From Antechinus flavipes (Eukaryota): a DNA stretch of 64,000 nucleotides. Below, piece by piece: positions 37,497 to 49,900 of the stretch. The notes under the pieces were generated by a model that saw only the letters and a list, made by a program, of their open reading frames with translations, was not told where the DNA came from and searched no databases. The position numbers and the translations under genes are program-made. Each line of letters opens with the position of its first letter. Position 1 is the first letter of the stretch. The stretch covers positions 85,622,001 through 85,686,000 of the forward strand of contig NC_067398.1 of NCBI RefSeq assembly GCF_016432865.1, given 5' to 3'.

Positions 37497-40400
37497 CCCC
37501 TCTCTTTTGCTCTCTTCAATCTACTTTACCCATTGAGAAGGCAAGAAAAACATAACTCATTACAAATATGTATAGTTACATAAAACAAATTCCTTCATTA
37601 GGCATGTCCCCTCCCCCCCAAAAAGAAAAGGAAATATATTTTAATTTCTTCAAGTTCATTATCTGTTTGGAGATAGATTATATGTCATTATGAGTCTTTT
37701 AAAATTCTATTTGATCATGTTGATCAGAAATATTGTCTTCCAGAGTTCATTATTTTTACAATGTTATTATTATATAAATTATTTTTGTTCAGCTCCATTT
37801 GTATCAGTTAATGAAACTTCCCAGATTTTTTAAAACCATTACCTTCATAATTTCTTATAATATGATAGTATTCTAATATGTTCATATAGAATAATTTCTT
37901 CAGCTATTCTTCAGTTGATGGATGTCCCTTTAGTTTCCAGTTCTCTGCCACCACAAAAATGGCTTCTATAAATATTTTTGCACATGAATCAAAGAAAAAG
38001 GTTTCTTTGATATCTTTGGGATATAGACTTAGTAGAAATATTGCTGATTCAAAGGGTATGCACCTTTAATAGTTTTTTGGGCTTAGTTCTAAGATGCTTT
38101 CCAGAATAATTGGACTAGTTCATGATTTTCTTGCATATCCTCTAATAGGTCATTGTCCTTTTTTTTATTCTTTCCTTTCATTTTAGTCAATTTAATTTGT
38201 ATGAGGTGGTACCTCAAAGCTGTTTTACTTTTCTAGTAATGATTTATTTTTTCATGTAGCTTTTAGGAACTTTGATTTCTTCCATTTAAAACTGACCATT
38301 CATATCCTTTATCTTTTTTTATCAAATGGAAAATGACTCATAAATTTGATTCAGTACCTTAAATATTTTAGAAATCAAATATTAATCATAGAAATGTCCT
38401 GCAAATACTTTGTTTCCTACTTTTATTTTGATTTGTTATATTGACTTTGTGCAAACCTTTTTAAATTTCATATAATCAAAATGATCAATTTTGTCTCCTA
38501 TCTTTACAATATTGTTATTATGTAAATTATTCTTGTTCAGCTTCATTTGTATCAGTTAATGAGACTTCCCAGATTTAAAAAAAAATTACATTCATAATTT
38601 CTTATAGTACAATAGTATTCTAACATGTTCATATATCATAATTTCTTTAGCTGAAGCATTCTTTCACATAATTAGTAATGAACTTTTCCTTTGTCCACAG
38701 ATCTGATAAGTAATTTCTTCCTTGATTCACTTACATCATCCTTTATGTCTAAATCATTCACCCATTTTTAGATCTTGGACTGTGACTGGTTTTTGTCAGA
38801 CTTCTTTTCAATAGTTTTTGTCAAATGATGAGTTCTTGCACAAATAGTTGGGATCTTTGGATTTATCAAATACTGTCATTGTGCTTATTTGCTTCTGTAT
38901 ATTGTATACCTAATCTGTTTCATTGATAATTTCCTCTATTTCTTCCCAAATTGTTTTGATGATTACAGCTTTGTATTTTTGAGATCTGGTCCTACTAGGC
39001 CTCCTTTGTACCCTCACTTTTTTTTTCCTTCACTAATTCCTTTGATATTTTTGATCTTCAATTCCTCCAAATGAATTTTACTTTTTCTAGCTCTACAAAG
39101 TAATTCTCTATGGGTTGATATGGTATGACAATGAATACATGCCTATCTATGTATGAACAATGAACATTTTCCCAGTTATTTAGATCTGTATTTATTTGTA
39201 TGAAGAGTGTTTTGTCATTGTATTCATAGAGTTTTTGTGTGTCTTGACAGAGATTTCCAAATACTTTATGCTAACTTGTTATTTTAAATGGATTTTCTCC
39301 CAACTCTTCTTTCTGAATTTTGTTGGTAATATGCAGAAATACTGGTGACTAATGTGTGATAATTTTATATACTGTGATTTTGCTGAAGTTAATTTTTTTG
39401 ATTTGTCATTTTTGCAGGTAAGATGGTTTTTTTCCCCTGCAAAAATGATAATTCTATAGCTTGCATTTCTAGTATATTTTTGAATAAAATCTTAATGACG
39501 GACATCCTTTTTTCACATCTGACATTACTGGATAGGCTTAGTTTTAGGTTTGACAAAAGCTCCATTTATTCCTATGTTTTCTACTATTATTAATAGGAAT
39601 GGGTTTTGTGTTTTGTCAAAAGCTTTTTTCTGTACTTATCAGTTTTTCTTTTTAAATATGGTCAATTGTGCGTCTAGTTTTCTTAATATTGAACCATCCC
39701 TACATTTCTAGTATAAATCCAGCCTTCTTCTACTGTATGATCTTTGTATTTTATTTAAAAATTTTGCATCAATATTTATTAGGAAAATTGGTTTATTTAA
39801 CTTTTCTTAGTTTTAAGAGCAAGACCATATTTATGTGACAGAAAAAATTTGGTAGGATCCTTTCTTTGCCTAATTTTTTCTTTCTCCCCAATACTTTATC
39901 TAGTACTAGAATAGTTCTTTAAAATTTTGGTGGAATTGGCTTTTAAATTAACCTGATCCTGGATTTTGTTTTTTCTTAGGGAGCTCATTTCTTCCTTCTT
40001 CAATTTCTTTTTCTAAGACAGGGTTATTTAAGTGTTCTATTTCCTGTTCTGTTAATTGGGGAAATCTATTTTTGTAAATTTTCATCTATTTAGATTGTCA
40101 GTTTTATTAACATGTAGTTGGATAAAATAGCGTCTTTTTATTTCTTCCATTGTTGATTGAGAAATCACCTTTTTGATTTTGCATATTGTCAATTTGGTTT
40201 TCTTCTTGAAAAATTACATTAGCCAGTGGTTTATTGATTAATTAAATCAATTCCTAGTTTTATTAGTCCATTTTTCTTAAATTTCAATTTTGTTAATCTC
40301 TCCTTTGTTTTTTCAAAATTTTTGTTTTGGTGCTGGGGATTGGAGGGCTTTACATTTTTTCCTGTTTTTTAGTTGCATGCCTAATTGATCTGATCTCTCT

Positions 40401-40808
40401 TTAATTGATGTAAGCATTTAAAGACATAATTTTTCCTGTAAGTACTCCTTTGACCTCATTCCTCCATATTTGGATACTTTTTCATTGCTGTCATTGTCTT
40501 AAATGAAACGATTTTTTCACTATGATTTGTTATTTGACTTGCTCATTCTTTAGGATCAGATTATTTACTTTCCAATTAATCTATTTTTCAAAGGCCCTTT
40601 AGTGAATGTAATTTTTATTGCATTATCAGAAAAGGATGCATTTAATATTTCTGCTTTTCTGTATTTGTTTTATAAGGTTATTAAGATCTATAACACGGTG
40701 TTTTTTTGAGGGTGCTAGCCAGAGTTGAGAAGTAGGCATCTTTCTTTCTGTTCCTATTCAATATTTTTAAAAAGTCTTCCATATCCAACTTTTTCTAAAA
40801 TTCTGCTG

Positions 40809-40840
<32 letters not shown>

Positions 40841-40985
40841 TTGCTGAGGCAATTGGGTCACATAGCTAGAAGTATTAAGTATCTTGAGGCCAGATTTGAT
40901 GAACTCAGGTCCTCCTGACTTAAGGGCTGGTGCTGTATCCACTGAGCCACCAACTGCCTCTGCTTATCTCTTTAAAATCTTGTTT
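37385..40985 (-). mobile_element. Long degraded L1 fragment (ORF2 remnant and 3'UTR) with (TC)n tracts
   Basis: Continuous T-rich antisense L1 ORF2-like text (ccttgcatccctggtataaatcc-type and ggattttgttttttcttagggag-type motifs); no intact ORF. Confidence 0.8.
40830..40960 (-). mobile_element. WSINE1-like SINE inserted in the L1
   Basis: ttgctgaggcaattgggtc...aactcaggtcctcctgact..ctggtgctgtatccactgagccacc. Confidence 0.85.
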
Positions 40986-41969
40986 ATTCCATGACACATT
41001 ATCTAGGTCTGAGTAGGTTCTGTGGTCTCTAATAGTACTATATTATTTTCAATATTGATACAGACTGGAATAAGCATTAATTTAGTACCTGCCATGTGCG
41101 TTAAGCATTTTACAAATAGTTTCATTTGAGCCTCACAGCTGTGCTTCAATATAGGTGTTGTTATTCTCCTCATTTTACCCGTGAGGAGACTGAGGCAAAC
41201 ATAGGTTAAGTGAATTGCTGAGGTTCCCAGAGCTAGTGAGTGTCTGAGGCCAGATTTGAACTCTGGTGTTCTTAGGAGACTCCAGGCCCAGCCTCCTCTC
41301 TACTGTCCTACTTAGCTCTCTTACTTATGTGTTTTAGAAACCTCAAGTTTTCTTCTTAGGTGCTGTCTCCAGCAAGGGGTCCCTCTAGATCTTCCTGACT
41401 GTAACTACTCACCCACTTCTCAAATTCCCTTATCTGTGTTTATGTTGAACAGAGGTGAATAAGTAATAACAAGCCTTGGGTCCAGAGGGACCCGTATTCT
41501 AGTTCTGCTTTTTACATACAACAGTTGTGTGACTCTGGATAAGGAAACACTGAGTACGAGGATAAATGGCTGAAAGGATGCAGATCTGTATTAGTAGCGG
41601 GAGTTTCCTCATCTGGGAGTTCCCTCTATCAGTGAAATCTGCGGCCTATTCCTTATCTCCAAATTTAGCAGTGAACTTTCATTACGTAAATTCACCGAAT
41701 CAAATCCCTCACAGGACCTCAGTTTTAAATCATTCTTTAAAGCCCTTTAAGGGAGCCCTTAGAGGTCTTCGAGGCCAAACCCCTCATTTTACAGTTGAGG
41801 AAAATACGGCTAAGAGAAGTTAACTGACGTGTCCAGGATCACACAATTAATGTCTCAATTTTTAGTTACAAACGCATCCCTTTAATTCTTTTTTCCCAAG
41901 CTGTTTTTACCTAATCCTCGATCCTCCCCACTACTATTCACCCTCCAGCTCCTGGTCAGTTCATCTTCC

Positions 41970-42500
41970 TTCAGCTCTACGTGACATCACTAGCTCTACG
42001 AATCCTTCACACGGAGCATCACTATGTCCCGTTAGTCTATTGGAGAATGATGGGATTGGCAACCACATAAACCAATAGATAGCAAACTTTTAACTGCTCA
42101 GGCTCAAGTTCACCAATCAGAGCATAAAGGGGCGGATTCTCTGAACGAGGATTGGTGCTCACAGAGAGGTTAGAGAAAGAGAAACCAACGTCTTTTCCTT
42201 ATCGTGAGCGTGTTTGAGGTATTAGAAGCCACTTCCGCCCGGTCTAGCTTGGCTACTGAGAGGAAAGAGACATCTTGGTTCTTTCCCTCCTTCCGGGATT
42301 CTGTCCCGCCTCCGGAAGTTTGGCTTTATCCCCGCCCCAGGTCAGGGGTGAGAGGTCGAAGAGTGGCCCAGGGACACTGGGGTAAGTATCTGCTGCCTTA
42401 GGTCTCATACAGTATCCCCTTGGGAGGAGAACTGCCCCCTCCTCTTCTCCGCCCACTTCGTATAAGTCCCTGCCGGAAGGAGCGAGGAACTTCCGGCTCT
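41970..42500 (+). promoter_or_regulatory. RNF20 CpG-island, TATA-less promoter
   Basis: CCAAT/ATTGG at 42039, 42055, 42072, 42113 and 42151; GC box 42129-42135; ETS motifs ACTTCCG 42231, CCGGAAGT 42312-42319, ACTTCCGG 42489-42496; TGACATCA 41982-41989. Confidence 0.85.
42231..42381 (+). other. RNF20: RNF20 non-coding exon 1 (start approximate)
   Basis: Strong donor GGG|GTAAGT (GT 42382-42383) inside the CpG island, upstream of the exon 2 acceptor at 43306-43307. Confidence 0.75.
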
Positions 42501-43086
42501 TGCTTTAATTCCCCCGCGCCAGAGGGATCCTCGGTGAGTGTCACCATGTAACCGGCTTCCTCAGTTTAGGGCCAGGAGCTTAGAGATCTTCTGATTTGAA
42601 CTGAGCACATCCCTCGTTCTCCCCTTCGGGATCGCAGTGTTTTCCTCGAGTCCCGGAGCCCACGCGTGTCCGCGCCTTGAAGACCTCCACGTCTCTCTGA
42701 CCAAATTCCTCCCCACCGCAGTGTCACCCGCTCCTCTCCAGAATCACCATCCCTCCTCTGCACTCCCCGAGCTGCTTCCCCATCCCAGGTTTCCTCGTGT
42801 ACAAGCCGGGCGCTCCCTGTGCCTTTCCTATGTGCGAGGATGCTCCCTCCCTCTTTGCGAATCAAACCAGCACAAGCTCCCCCTCCCACACCTCGAACCC
42901 TTTGGGAGCCCCAAGACTGCTCCAGCTCCAGCTCCTAAAGCATAACCTGACTTCGGAGCCGCTCAGTTCTCCCTCCCCCTTTTCCAAGACCATTCTGAAG
43001 CTCGGGTGGAATTTATGGGACTCAAGCCAGAGAGGTCAGTGGGAGAAACGGAAGATTTTCATATTGTCTTTGGGACTTGAGTCCTA

Positions 43087-43261
43087 AAGCACATCTTCCC
43101 TCCTTTTCTCCCCTCTTTCCCTCCCTCCCTCCCTTCTTTCCTCTTCCCTTCCTCTTCTCTTCCTTCCTCTTTAACTCCCTTCCTTCTTTCCTTCCTTCTT
43201 TCTTCCCTTCTTCTCACCCTTCCTCCCTTCCTTTCCTTCCTTTCTTCCCTTCTTTTTTTTC
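43087..43261. repeat. About 175-bp (CCTT/CTT)n polypyrimidine tract in RNF20 intron 1
   Basis: Almost purely C/T on the + strand, ending about 45 nt before the exon 2 acceptor. Confidence 0.9.
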
Positions 43262-43346
43262 ACATTTGAGTCCGTAACCTCTATAACTGTGAATTCACTT
43301 TTTCCAGGAAGAACCAGAAAAGTTGACAATCATCTGTTCAGTCAAA

Positions 43347-43475
43347 ATGTCAGGAATCGGCAATAAGAGAGCAGCTGGGGAGCCTGGTACTTCTGTACCT
43401 CCAGAAAAGAAGGCTGCTGTTGAAGACTCAGGGACCACAGTAGAAACTATTAAACTAGGGGGTGTGTCCTCCACG
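43347..43475 (+). CDS. RNF20: RNF20 exon 2 coding part (129 nt; exon starts 43308)
   Basis: tttccAG|gaagaacc; AAAATG; MSGIG...GGVSST; ACG|GTATGT. Confidence 0.96.
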
Positions 43476-43894
43476 GTATGTATGTCAGATACACACCTTC
43501 TTTACCAAATTATTTCTATTAAGTAAACATTTTTTGAGTACTTCTGATTTGCTAGCCATTGTGTGTCATACTTGGTGAATGCAATCTAGCTTTTGTTCAT
43601 GGGCTTATTATAAACTCGTAGGAAAAATAAGCTAACAAATAGCTGCAATAGCTCAATAGGACTTTTGGAAGATGGCATTTTTTCAGCGTGGTGGTAGCTG
43701 AGGGTGGTATGTTTAATGAGAGTTAGTATTGTGACCCTTGAATGAAGAGCAGGTTTTTAATAAGTTTGCAGGAGGAAGTCATTCCAGGTAAGGAAAATTT
43801 CATGAATAAAGTCATAGACCAGAAAATAGTGCATCTAGGTAGCATGTTGGATAGAGGTCTTAGCCTACCTCCCAGAATTGTTCTAAGGATAAAA

Positions 43895-43941
<47 letters not shown>

Positions 43942-46900
43942 TCACACACACTCACATATACACAGAGTATCCCAAGAGTAATTTGAAATTTTGAAGCCTT
44001 GGTGTATTTAAATTGCTACTTTCTTTATTCATGCTATAATATATTTGTTTCATTAGTCCATCTTTTTTACTCCTACTCTTCCCCCCACCCCTTTTATTTT
44101 ACTGCTTTTTCCATTGGAAATTTTAGAGTTTCAGTGCTTGAAATTTTATGTAGTTTTATTTCATAGTAGAAATAATATAAGCACAACAAATTGTCCTGGT
44201 TGATCTATCATGTAATTTGTTCAGTGATTTTATTATGGCATTAATACAATTGATATTCTGTGGCAGGAGGAGTTAGACATACGCACGCTGCAGACCAAAA
44301 ATCGTAAACTGGCAGAGATGCTAGATCAGAGACAGACTATTGAAGATGAACTGCGTGAGCATATTGAGAAATTGGAGCGCCGGCAGGCCACTGATGACGC
44401 TTCATTACTTATTGTTAACCGCTATTGGAGTCAAGTAGGTTCTGTGTTTGCTTACTTTTTCTTTGTCTTTGTTTCCTAATTTGAGAATTGTTACCTTCCT
44501 TAGAACTGAATCTAATCCTAGAATAAAGCTTGTCTTTTCCTATTGTCTCCATTTTTTCCAGTTCGATGAAAACATCCGCATCATCCTTAAACGCTATGAT
44601 CTGGAACAGGGCTTAGGAGACTTGCTCACAGAAAGAAAAGCCCTTGTAGTTCCTGAACCAGAACCAGATTCAGATAGCAATCAGGAACGTAAAGATGACC
44701 GAGATAGAGGTGAATATTTTTGTAGTGACATGCCACACTCTGTTTATAAATCTGGCAGAAAAGTTTTGCTATAGAGACATCTTATCATTTCAGGAGAAGT
44801 GGGTTGCAGGCTTTCCAGTTTTGTGATTGTTTTGCTTTTATGTCTTGCCTCGAGGGGAAGGTGTGGAGCCAGCTTTCTCCTTCCTTGCTACTTTGGCCAG
44901 CAGTACCAGTGAGGAGATGGAATCACAGCTACAGGAGCGTGTGGAGTCCTCTCGTCGAGCTGTATCTCAGATAGTGACAGTCTATGACAAACTGCAAGAA
45001 AAGGTGGATGTACTTTTTCGCAAGCTAAACAGTGGAGGTGAGCCCATTAATGAGTGATACATAATGAATGATACAGAGAAAATGGAAATGCATTTTGATG
45101 CTTGTGTTCATTGTATTTCCACAGAAATTAATACATTTATGTAAAACCTATGTATGTATAAACTCATACTTAATTCCCTTTGCCCTAATTTTCAATTTGA
45201 CTTAACAGAGAAAGAACTTGGGAACTGGGATTACAAATTAAAAAATGAAACCTCCTCAAGGAATTTATATTTTATTGGAGCCATACTGTCAAGTTTATGA
45301 CATTGACTTAATCAGTCTTGGAAAAGAATTGTAGATAAGTAATGAGCTGGATCCAGAATTAAATAGAGACATGTTGGTCATATAGTGATAGGTTCCTTAA
45401 TCGAGAGTGAAGAAGATCTTTACTAATGTGACAAAAACAAAAATTATAAATGTTGGAGGGGATGTGAGAAAACTAATATAGTAATGCATTGTTGGTGGAA
45501 TTGTGAACTGATTCAACTACTCTGGAGAGCAATTTGGAACTGTGCCCAACGGGCTATAAAACTTGATATCTTTTGATTCAGCAATACCACTACCAGGTCT
45601 ATATTCCAAAGAGATTTTTTTAAAAAAGGGAAAAAAATCTATATGAAAATATAGCATTTCTTTTTGTAGCGGCTAAGAATTGGAAATTGAGGGAATGCCC
45701 ATCAGTTGGAGAATGGTTGACCAAATTGTGATATATAATTGTGATGGAATATTCTCATGCTATGAGAAATGACAAGTAGGATGATTTCAAAAAAACATGG
45801 AAAAATTTACATGAACTTTTACAAAGTGTAGTAAGCAGAACCAAGGCAACATTATATGTTGTAATAGCAATATTGTATCATGGAGAATTATGAATGACAT
45901 TGATCCATGACAGTACTAGAGCTCATGATGGAAAATGTTATCTGCCTCTAGAAAAAGAATTGATGCAGCCTGAGTATAGATTAATGTATTTTATTTTCTT
46001 CTTCCTTTCTCTCACTTTCTTGTACAAAATGACTAATCTGTAAATATTTTACGTGATTTTACTCTTAGAATGTATATTTTATTGCTTCTCTTAGAATGAA
46101 GGAAGGGAGGGATAGAATTTGAAACTCAAAATGTTAGAAAAAAATTATTTAAAATGGTTTTTAATGTAATTGGGTAAGTAATAAAATTCTACCAAAAAAA
46201 AAAAAAAAGAAAAAAATTGTATGTAGAAGTAAGACAGGAATTGTTAATGGATAAGATACTGATGACTGGTAACCTTACTGGCAAAAGAACTAATTACATC
46301 AATGGTCCTTCGGTCTTGAATATGTAAATCATAAGTTCTTAATAGCAGTGCATGGATAAAAAGATGATGTGATTTTGCCATCACTTAAGTAATTTAATTC
46401 AAATACTTCATCTGTTTTTGTTGCCCCAGATGCTTTGGTTGTAGAGGAAGCAGTTCAGGAACTGAACTCCTTCTTGTCCCATGAGAATGGACGGCTTCAA
46501 GAATTGGCAGACCTTCTTCAGGAGAAACATCGTACCATGTCTCAGGAGGTACCTGATCAGAATAGAAAACTATGTTCTCTTCTGTGTTTGGATGTTTTCT
46601 ACCAGTGGTGCATGTCAGACCTTCCATTGATAATACTGTGTACTACACTGATTATTGTACAAAGGAAGGTTATTGTTAGAAGAGATATAGATTAATATTT
46701 AACCAGGTGTAACGAATCAAAGCTCCATGGGAACAGAAGGGGAATTCTTGTGGTACAGTGGAACAAATTCTGGAGTGGGAATCAAAAAGACCTGGGTTCT
46801 AGTTCTATTCTTATTTGAGCATAATAGCAAATAAAATACACACGTGTGTATACACTTTATCTTCTTTTCCTCCAAGAGTACTATAATAGCACCTACTGGC

Positions 46901-49900
46901 CGACGTAGGACTTTTAGATTTGCAAAATGATTTATAATCTTTTATTTGTTCCTCACAGTAAGCCCTGTCAATACTTAGTAGCTGCAGTATGAGCAATTCA
47001 TTTAAATTTAATGAAACTTAAACTTCGGTCCCTGTGGCCCTGGACTCTGCTAGGCAGCCTTTAACTTTCTCTTGCCTTGAACTAAGTCACCTTGCCATTT
47101 TATGGCCATCTGCAGACTATGCTACCAGACGTACTCACCTTCCATTCATTCCATAAGAGGTATCTTGCTTGCTTGTATTTGTATTCTCAGCAATTGGCAT
47201 AGTTCTTGGCATAGACTAAGTGCTTAATAAATGCTTTTTCTTCATGCAAGCTTCAACATGAACCTTGTGTTTCTCATAGGGATAATAGTATCTCACTTTA
47301 CCAGGAGACTTTTGAGGACGAAATAACCATATTGTTTGTGAAAGTCCTTTATAATAATACACAAATATACTATTATTTTTCTTGTTCATTTCTTGTTCTG
47401 TCTTGTTCAGCAATTGCAAATTGGAGAATCACATTCAAACACACACACACATTTTCTTTTAACAAGGAGACAAATTCTAAGGTAGAAATCCTTTTTATCA
47501 CCATGAATATCTCTTTTGGTTTTCAGTTTGGTTTATAAAAACTATCAGTTCTGTATTTGATGTGGTAAAGCAAATTGTTGTGCTTTGTTTCTTAGGAAAT
47601 GCTAGAGTTGTAAAGTAAGTAGGGAAGTGATTAGAACTATTTAAAGATAGATGATTAAAATAACAGCACCTGTGTTCTATCCATTGTTCATTTCCCATTC
47701 TAAATATGGCAGATATTTTTGTTATTGACTTGATACTTCATAGAACAAGGATTCATGATTCCCTAAGAATGTCAAACTTGGTCTTTTCCTTTAAACTGAA
47801 ACAGATTTTATTTTGTATTGAGTTCTCATTAAGCTAATAACACTTGGTATGCTCTGAGAATTCTTCAGAAAATGAGAAATTTATTTTTTTAAAATGGTCC
47901 TGCCCCCAGGGAGCTTATTTTTGTAGAAGACAACACTTGCACAGATGACTGTAATATGTACTGTTATAAGATAAATATATTAGCATTACTAAGTAAATTA
48001 AGAGCAAAACTATTATCATCTCTTATTAGTTTCAGTACCAAAAGAAAGTCCTGTTTGGTATTTAAAATTATGCTGTTTAAGTTTGATGGTTAAAGCATGA
48101 ACAATATTCATCTGTTCTTTATATTGGGTCTATGGATATTTGAAAGTTTTATCCTGTGTAGTTGGATATTAAGGGAAAATAATTATTTAATGGGTATCTT
48201 TAATTTTTTTCCCTAGAATTAGCTGAGGCAATTGGGGTTAAGTGACTTGCCCAGGGTCACACAGTTAGGAAGTGTTAAGTGTCTAAGACCAGATTTGAAC
48301 TCGGGTCCTCCTGACTTCAGGGCTGGTGCCCTATCTATTGTGCCATCTAGCAGCCCCACAGCTTATTGAATATTGAAGGAGAGCTTTCTTGTTATAACCT
48401 TTTATGGAACAGATCCACACAGGAAAATATATCATAATGCCTTTTTTTGGCAAATGGTGCTTATCTGGGATAGGACATTTAGTGAGTATTAAACAATGTT
48501 TTCCTTATGGTCCAAAGTGCTATTAATCTTGTAAACTTCTGGAGATGTAGCGGTCCAGAGCTCATTAAGAAGGTTAACTGAGATAAAATATATATACACA
48601 GTGCTTTGCAAATCTGAAAGTTCTATAAAATTTTTGTAGTTGTTATTAAGAATATTCTTATTGCACTTAGATGAAACTTGCTAACTTTCCTTGCTGTGAT
48701 ATGTTTTAGTGTTATGAAAGACTTGGGAACTAGTTTAGTACACTATCTATAATTTTCTGTTTATTGTTTTCTTTCTGTTCTTCTGAATGTTTGTTCCTGG
48801 GACAACAGTTTTCTAAGTTACAGAGTAAAGTAGAAACTGCAGAGTCACGAGTGTCTGTTTTAGAGACAATGATTGATGATTTGCAATGGGATATTGACAA
48901 AATACGCAAGAGGGAGCAGCGCCTTAACCGGCATCTCGCTGAGGTGTTAGAGCGGGTAAGCAATCACTTTTTGAAAGTTGGAGACAAATCTAATTCTAGA
49001 GCTCAGATTAAAATCCTAGGAGATCTTGCTAAAGAACTTTTTTCTTCTTTTTAGGTGAATTCCAAAGGTTATAAAGTGTATGGAGCTGGAAGCAGTCTCT
49101 ATGGTGGCACGATCACAATTAATGCTCGAAAGGTAAAGAAAATCTCCATATCTGTGTAAGGTTGTGTTTTTTAGGGACTGACTACAGTTTTATTTTGGAA
49201 AGTTGAAATTACATTGTATCCAGAAAGCAGAGAGGAAAAGATGCTTGAGGGTACAGTCTTTTCCTTCTAATTTTGTTTGATCACTTTCCCACACTTTCAA
49301 GTTTGAAGAGATGAATGCTGAGCTTGAGGAGAACAAAGAATTGGCTCAGAACCGTCTTTGTGAGCTGGAGAAACTTCGCCAGGACTTGGAAGAAGTGACT
49401 GCCCACAATGAGAAGCTTAAGGTATGACAGTAATTCCCCAGAAAGTTTCATAGGCCAGTGATGTGTGTATTTTTGTTAATTCTTTGCTCAGGGTAATTCT
49501 TAAGGTTTTTCATCCATAGGTCAACACACAATTCATAAAGGATAAATAAAAATTTGTGTTGTTTTGCTTAGGTTATATTTGGTACTTCAGTTTAGGAGAC
49601 ATGATAATAATTTCATTATTCTAGTAAATAATATGCTTCTATCCCTGATAAGCACTTGATCCATTTCATTTTTGATGTTCAGGAAATATAAAATATGAGT
49701 AAAAATGTTGCTAAATGATAAGTATATTTCCATTTTTACTTATTTTTAAACTTATAAAAGTGTATTGTTGGGCTTTGCCCAAGATCTATAATAGAAAGCA
49801 TTGCTTTTTTTAGTCAAGTCAGCCATCTTGTGGTACATGAAGAGAATTGTAGATAACCATAATGTGTTCTTTATATGGAATTTGCTTACCAAAGATTGAT

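Noticed and set aside
47131-47140. Perfect minus-strand donor AAG|GTGAGTAC in RNF20 intron 6
   Set aside because: No matching acceptor or promoter found; an isolated 9-mer is expected by chance at this scale
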